Assembly: GCA_023261815.1 (NCBI GenBank)
Contig: JALNKA010000003.1
Span: forward strand, 27,725-91,724
Reading direction: 5' to 3'
DNA: 64,000 nt
From: Candidatus Wolframiiraptor sinensis
GTDB taxonomy: Archaea > Thermoproteota > Nitrososphaeria_A > Caldarchaeales > Wolframiiraptoraceae
Numbering within the stretch: the first letter of the stretch is position 1; each line of letters begins with the position of its first letter. This document shows, one piece after another, positions 59,165-64,000 of the stretch. The notes beneath the pieces are model-generated. The model was not told where the DNA came from. It saw nothing but the letters and a program-made list of their open reading frames with translations, and ran no database searches. The position numbers and the translations under genes are program-made.

Positions 59165-59782
59165 TTACCTAGATGCGAGCGCTATCCTCTCGAGCTCATT
59201 CTTCTTCCTTATCGCGTGGCTGCTGGCATCATTCTGAGCGGCGGCTATTATCTCGTCGGCGAGAGCTTCCTCGGGGGTCTTCCTGCTCCTGAAGCTCGCC
59301 GTCCTCACGGCCTCACCCATCCACCTCAAGGCCAGATCAAGCCTCCTCTGAGGTGATATATCGACCGCCTTGAAGTAGACTATGCCTCCATAGCTCAGCC
59401 TCGTCACGTCCTCTCTTGGAGCGGCGTTCTCTATCGCCCTGACTAGGACTTGGACCGGGTTCTCCCCAGTTCTCGCGTGAATTATCTCGAGAGCATTCCT
59501 AACTATCTTGAGAGCCTTCGACTTCTTGCCACCATTCGGCCCCGGCCTCATGAGCATGTTCGCGAGCCTCTCGACGACGTTTACCTCGGCCTTACCAAAC
59601 CTCCTGTGCTCATGCCTGCCGCCGCTATGTGGAACAAGCATAGGCTTCAAGCAGATATACGCCTTGAGCCCCGGATCCCTCACCTCGACCTCATCAAGCC
59701 TCCACTTGCCGAAGAGGAGAAACTTCTCGGCGAGCTCGGGCGAATGCGCCGGCACCTTTTGCCCCTCACTCATGACCTTCAT
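59165..59782 (-). CDS. rps7: 30S ribosomal protein S7
   Basis: [45 protein letters not shown]; start uncertain. Confidence 0.96.
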   Translation of the reverse strand: MKVMSEGQKVPAHSPELAEKFLLFGKWRLDEVEVRDPGLKAYICLKPMLVPHSGGRHEHRRFGKAEVNVVERLANMLMRPGPNGGKKSKALKIVRNALEIIHARTGENPVQVLVRAIENAAPREDVTRLSYGGIVYFKAVDISPQRRLDLALRWMGEAVRTASFRSRKTPEEALADEIIAAAQNDASSHAIRKKNELERIALASR

Positions 59783-59931
59783 CACGCGCCTATCCACCGC
59801 ATCTTTTAAACCATTCCCCCGCCCCTGCAACCGGTAATGTGGATGATGCGGATAATCGCTAGCTTCTCGGGAGAAGCTTATATATGGGATGAACTCCTCT
59901 ATAGGCTAGCTGCTGGGAAGAGGTGTTCTAG

Positions 59932-61236
59932 ATGTCTGCCAGCAAGAAGCCTCACTTGAACCTTGTCGTCGTGGGACACGTTGATCATGGCAAGTCTACA
60001 ACGATGGGCCACTTCTTGGTGAAACTGGGAATAGTTGATGAGAGAACATTGCAGCAGTATGAAGAGGAGGCGAAGAGGCTGGGCAAGGAGACATTCAAGT
60101 ACGCCTGGATCCTCGATAGGATCAAGGAGGAGAGAGAGCGGGGGCTGACGATAGACCTGGCCTTCCAGAGCTTCGAGACCAAGAAATACCACTTCACGCT
60201 GATAGATGCTCCGGGGCACAGGGACTTCGTTAAGAACATGATCACGGGAGCTAGCCAGGCTGACTGCGCCGTACTCGTCGTCTCAGCTAAGAAGGGCGAG
60301 TACGAGGTGGCCATCGCGCCGGGAGGCCAAGCGAGAGAGCACGCATTCCTCCTCTCAATCCTGGGAATTAGGCAGCTGATAGTTCTAATCAACAAGATGG
60401 ACGACCCGACGGTAAACTGGAGCAAGGAGAGATTCGAGGAGGTCAAGCAGGGTGTAAGCGACCTCCTGAAGAGGCTGGGCTACGATGTCTCGAAGATACC
60501 GTTCATACCGGCCTCGGGCTGGACCGGAGATAACCTGATCGAGAGGAGCAGCAATATGCCATGGTATGATGGGCCCACATTATATGAGGCCCTCGATTTA
60601 TTCCAGGAGCCGCCGAAGCCGATAGATAAGCCGCTGAGAATCCCGATCCAGGCCGTCTACTCGATCAGGGGCGTCGGTACGGTGCCCGTTGGAAGGGTTG
60701 AGACGGGAGTGCTCAAGGTCGGCGACACTGTGGTGATAATGCCGCCGGGGCTTAAGGCCGAGGTTAAGTCGATCGAGATGCACCATACGCCGATGCCGCA
60801 GGCAATACCCGGAGACAACATCGGATTCGCCCTCAAAGGCGTTGAGAAGTCCCAGCTAAAGCGGGGTATGGTCGTGAGCCACCCTAACAGCCCATGCAGC
60901 GTCGCGAATGAGTTCATAGCACAGGTGATAATAATCTATCACCCGACCGCGATAGCGGCCGGCTACACGCCGGTAATGCACATACACACGGCCCAGACGG
61001 CTGTGAAGTTCGCCGAGCTGATACAGAAGATGGATCCGAGAACTGGCCAGGTCTTGGAGAAGAACCCGCAGTTCCTAAAGACCGGAGATGTAGCGCTGGT
61101 TAGATTGAAGCCTCTCGAGCCCGTGGCCCTGGAGACGTACGCAGACTTCCCGGAGCTCGGCAGATTCGCGATAAGGGATATGGGAATGACCATAGCGGCC
61201 GGAGTAGTCAAGGAGATAACTCAGAAGGGGCCATAG
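59932..61236 (+). CDS. tuf: Translation elongation factor EF-1alpha
   Basis: GHVDHGKST, ERERGLTI, DAPGHRDF, NKMD, GRFAIRDMG. Confidence 0.98.
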   Translation: MSASKKPHLNLVVVGHVDHGKSTTMGHFLVKLGIVDERTLQQYEEEAKRLGKETFKYAWILDRIKEERERGLTIDLAFQSFETKKYHFTLIDAPGHRDFVKNMITGASQADCAVLVVSAKKGEYEVAIAPGGQAREHAFLLSILGIRQLIVLINKMDDPTVNWSKERFEEVKQGVSDLLKRLGYDVSKIPFIPASGWTGDNLIERSSNMPWYDGPTLYEALDLFQEPPKPIDKPLRIPIQAVYSIRGVGTVPVGRVETGVLKVGDTVVIMPPGLKAEVKSIEMHHTPMPQAIPGDNIGFALKGVEKSQLKRGMVVSHPNSPCSVANEFIAQVIIIYHPTAIAAGYTPVMHIHTAQTAVKFAELIQKMDPRTGQVLEKNPQFLKTGDVALVRLKPLEPVALETYADFPELGRFAIRDMGMTIAAGVVKEITQKGP

Positions 61237-61279
61237 CCAAACACTTATCTCACATATTTTTTCCAATTCATGCTGAAGC

Positions 61280-61969
61280 ATGCCCTCTAATCTGGTTGTA
61301 AAGATAGGCGGGCACTTGATATCCGGGCCAAGCGGCCTAGACCTGAGCCTAATGAGATCATATGCGGAGACGATTTCGAGGAGCTTCACCGGCGGAAGAT
61401 GGTGCGTGGTGGTCGGCGGAGGGGAGGAGGCGAGGAGATACATCTCGGCCGCGAGGAGCCTCGGCCTAAGCGAGGCATTCTGCGACATGCTGGCGATCAA
61501 GGTGACGAGAATACACGCGATGATCTTCTCAGCGCTGCTCGGCGAGAAGGCTTGCCGGGCGATTCCAGAAAGCCTAGAGCAGCTGGTGGAGTACTCAGAG
61601 ACCGGGAGAATCGTTGTAGCAGGAGGGCTTCAGCCGGCGCAATCGACGACGGCGGTCGCGGCTCTGGCGGCCGAGGCAATAGGAGCCGAGAAGCTGATCA
61701 TAGCCACGGACGTGGAGGGAGTATACACGGCTGATCCCAAGAGGAGCCCGCACGCGAAGCTGCTGAGAGAAGTCACATTATCAAGGCTCGAGGAGATTCT
61801 CCGAGAATCATCTCACGCCGCCGGCGAGTACAAGCTGATCGACCAGCTAGCCATAAAAGTTCTGAAGAGAAGCGGGGTAACAGTCCTCGTGATCGATGGG
61901 AGAAAGCCCGAGAACCTCGAGAAGGCATTAGCCGGAGAGATCATCGGAACGCTAGTAACCCCGGGATAA
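61280..61969 (+). CDS. pyrH: Uridylate kinase
   Basis: VKIGG, VVGGG..AR.YI, GG..P.QST, TDV.GVY..DP. Confidence 0.92.
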   Translation: MPSNLVVKIGGHLISGPSGLDLSLMRSYAETISRSFTGGRWCVVVGGGEEARRYISAARSLGLSEAFCDMLAIKVTRIHAMIFSALLGEKACRAIPESLEQLVEYSETGRIVVAGGLQPAQSTTAVAALAAEAIGAEKLIIATDVEGVYTADPKRSPHAKLLREVTLSRLEEILRESSHAAGEYKLIDQLAIKVLKRSGVTVLVIDGRKPENLEKALAGEIIGTLVTPG

Positions 61970-62012
61970 GGCTTATGAGAAGCCTACCGTGGGGAAATTA
62001 ATCGAGGGGATA

Positions 62013-62097
62013 GCGGGGGTAGCCAAGCCTGGTCAACGGCGCAGGGCTCAGGCCCCTGTCCCGTAGGGGTTCGTGGGTTCAAATCCCACCCCCCGCA
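62013..62097 (+). tRNA. tRNA-Leu(CAG), no intron, CCA not encoded
   Basis: GCGGGGG/CCCCCGC acceptor stem; CAGGG-CTCAGGC-CCCTG anticodon arm; long variable arm; GTTCAAATC. Confidence 0.95.
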
Positions 62098-62175
62098 TGT
62101 CATACTACATCTCCGAGATTGAGAGAGTCATAGCATGATATTCTCGTGCCAGTGCTTTTTGAGCGCTAAGACTTG

Positions 62176-62880
62176 TTAAAGCCTTCTTCTATTGATGTTT
62201 ATGCGCTTGATGCCGCCATCAGGATATCCTATTATGATTTGGTCGGCTGCTTTGGGGCATATGCCTGTCTCCAGTATCCCGGCGACGCTTTTCAGGATCC
62301 TGTCCAGGTTTTCTGGATCATCTATTGTCCCTGCGTGAACATCTGCTAGGATGTTTCCGTTGTCCGTTATTACTGGCCCCATCTTTCCACCCGATATCCT
62401 CGCCTCCATTCTCAGGCCCCATGAGCTCAGAACCCTCTTTGCGTGCGGATAGGCATATTGGAGGATCTCGATTGGCACTGGGAAGTCCATCTTCTCCTTG
62501 AGCTTCAGGTGGTCGCCGACGAGGATTACTCTCCTAGATGCCTGCATTAACACCTTCTCCCTGAGAAGAGCCCCTCCACCGCCCTTAATCACGTTACCCT
62601 CAGAGTCCACCTGGTCGAAGCTATCGAGCATTAGATCGGGCTCAGGATACTCGTTGAGCGAAGCGACCCGCAGCCCATGCGAGATGAGTAGATCTGTTGA
62701 CTGGAGGGATGATGGTATGAAGAGTAGATCCAGCTCCTGCTCGCGCACCAGCTCCCTCAGGATCGCGGTCATCTGGGCGACGGTGGTCCCGGAACCATAT
62801 CCTATGACCATTCCATCCCTAATCTCCTTCAGGGCTTCTCTTATCGCCGCCTCCCTCGCCCTCAGAACCTCCTCCTTCAT
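62176..62880 (-). CDS. rpiA: Ribose-5-phosphate isomerase A
   Basis: G.GSGTT, D..DQVD, IKGGGGALLREK, TDNGN..D. Confidence 0.95.
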   Translation of the reverse strand: MKEEVLRAREAAIREALKEIRDGMVIGYGSGTTVAQMTAILRELVREQELDLLFIPSSLQSTDLLISHGLRVASLNEYPEPDLMLDSFDQVDSEGNVIKGGGGALLREKVLMQASRRVILVGDHLKLKEKMDFPVPIEILQYAYPHAKRVLSSWGLRMEARISGGKMGPVITDNGNILADVHAGTIDDPENLDRILKSVAGILETGICPKAADQIIIGYPDGGIKRININRRRL

Positions 62881-63121
62881 GTAGAAGAAGCTCGGCTCTC
62901 CTCCTTATCTCCTTTAACTCCTCCAGCAGCGCCTTCAGCTTACCATAATCATCGGGCAGGGCGCCTCTCAGCTTAGCGACCTCCTCATCCGCATCAACAT
63001 CCTCGCGCCTCAGGGCATGGGGCTTCGAACATCTAGATGAGATCCTCCAGTATAGCATGATGTAGAATACCGTTGTGGCGGCGAAAACAATTAAAACGAG
63101 GAGAATCGGGGGGTCCAGCAA
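62819..63121 (-). CDS. Small membrane-anchored hypothetical protein
   Basis: N-terminal TM helix and helical tail; co-oriented with neighbours. Confidence 0.5.
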   Translation of the reverse strand: MLDPPILLVLIVFAATTVFYIMLYWRISSRCSKPHALRREDVDADEEVAKLRGALPDDYGKLKALLEELKEIRRRAELLLHEGGGSEGEGGGDKRSPEGD

Positions 63122-63134
63122 GCTCTCATCCGCC

Positions 63135-63794
63135 CTAAATGGCTCCGAGCGTTTGAGCGAGGAGCGAGGCTCCGAGCAGGATTATCGCGATCGCGAGTGC
63201 TAATGAGAGCAGGTTCATATGCTTAGGCTTGAGGAATTTGGCGCCCGTGGCGGTGGCGTAGCCGGCTGCTCCCAGCCAGGCGTAATCAAGCCAGATGTGG
63301 AAGCCGAACATCGTGAGTATCCCCGCGAGCCCGCCCATCCTAATTCCCTCGGAGATTAGTGGTAACCCCACGGTGAACCACCACGTGAGGAAGTAGGGGT
63401 TTAAGGCCGTGAAGGTTAAGCCGACTAGGAAGGCTGCCAGAAGACCAGCGCCGCGAGTCAGCAGGGGGATCTGACCGCTGCTTCCTGGATCATTGCCTGA
63501 GAAGCTTTTGATCGAGGAGCGGATCTGGAGGAGCCCGAAGGCAACGAGCGCGGCCGAGCCCACGATGCCTATCATGAAGCTTGTGCCCGGATCCTGTATG
63601 AAGCTCCAGATGCCAAATGTTATTGCCAGGATTAAGGGAAGCTCGAACGCCATGTGCCCCAGCGCGGCCATGAAGCCCGCATACCTGCCAGCCCTAAGAG
63701 AAACATTCATCGTGGCGAAGAGGAGGGGGCCTGGAGCAAGAGCGCCGGAAGCCGAGACAAAGACTACCAGGAGGAAGAGCTGGAGAACCTCCAA
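63135..63794 (-). CDS. LysE-family translocator
   Basis: SGAL.PGP, G....GH...E, LNPYF..WW..VG. Confidence 0.88.
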   Translation of the reverse strand: MEVLQLFLLVVFVSASGALAPGPLLFATMNVSLRAGRYAGFMAALGHMAFELPLILAITFGIWSFIQDPGTSFMIGIVGSAALVAFGLLQIRSSIKSFSGNDPGSSGQIPLLTRGAGLLAAFLVGLTFTALNPYFLTWWFTVGLPLISEGIRMGGLAGILTMFGFHIWLDYAWLGAAGYATATGAKFLKPKHMNLLSLALAIAIILLGASLLAQTLGAI

Positions 63795-63920
63795 GGAGGC
63801 TCAATAAGCCGGAAGCCAGCCGCGTAAAATAGCTTTCCAGAAAGCCAATAGCCAGGGAGAGCATGATCTGGGAGAAATAAGGCTAAAAACCGCGAGCAAG
63901 CATGAATTTCGAGATGAGCT

Positions 63921-63993
63921 GGCCGCGGTGAGGTAGCGGTTAGCCTTCCGGCCTGTGGAGCCGGATGCCTGGGTTCGAATCCCAGCCGCGGCC
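63921..63993 (+). tRNA. tRNA-His(GTG) with genomically encoded G-1
   Basis: GCCGCGG/CCGCGGC acceptor stem; CCGGC-CTGTGGA-GCCGG anticodon arm; GTTCGAATC; C discriminator. Confidence 0.93.
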
Positions 63994-64000
63994 CTCCATC

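Overview
Archaeal chromosomal window, GC-rich and compact, with many overlapping stop/start codons. The gene set (Snf7/CdvB ESCRT-III, archaeal RNAP subunits, tungsten-type AOR, BHB introns) points to a thermophilic TACK lineage, possibly Caldarchaeales/Aigarchaeota; this is inference. It contains a rearranged rpoD-rpl18e-rpl13-rps9-rpoN-eno-rps2 cluster, mevalonate genes (ipk, mvk) and purB-purA-guaB. A sugar-utilisation region (two FGGY kinases, class II aldolase, Zn-ADH, cupin PGI, AOR, ABC transporter, an extra thermosome) is interrupted by cdvB and a stand-alone 23S rRNA gene with two BHB introns. Further on are RNase P RNA, two HEPN-MNT pairs, a pilin/adhesin cluster with a KaiC-like ATPase, mre11-rad50, glyA, rps7, EF-1alpha, pyrH, rpiA and two tRNAs. 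The most striking observation is a ~1.77-kb insert (~12155-13923) carrying a free-standing double-motif LAGLIDADG endonuclease. It has entered a conserved protein-coding gene and supplied a diverged, AT-rich replacement 3' end, leaving the original 3' end intact downstream and still ATGA-coupled to mevalonate kinase.
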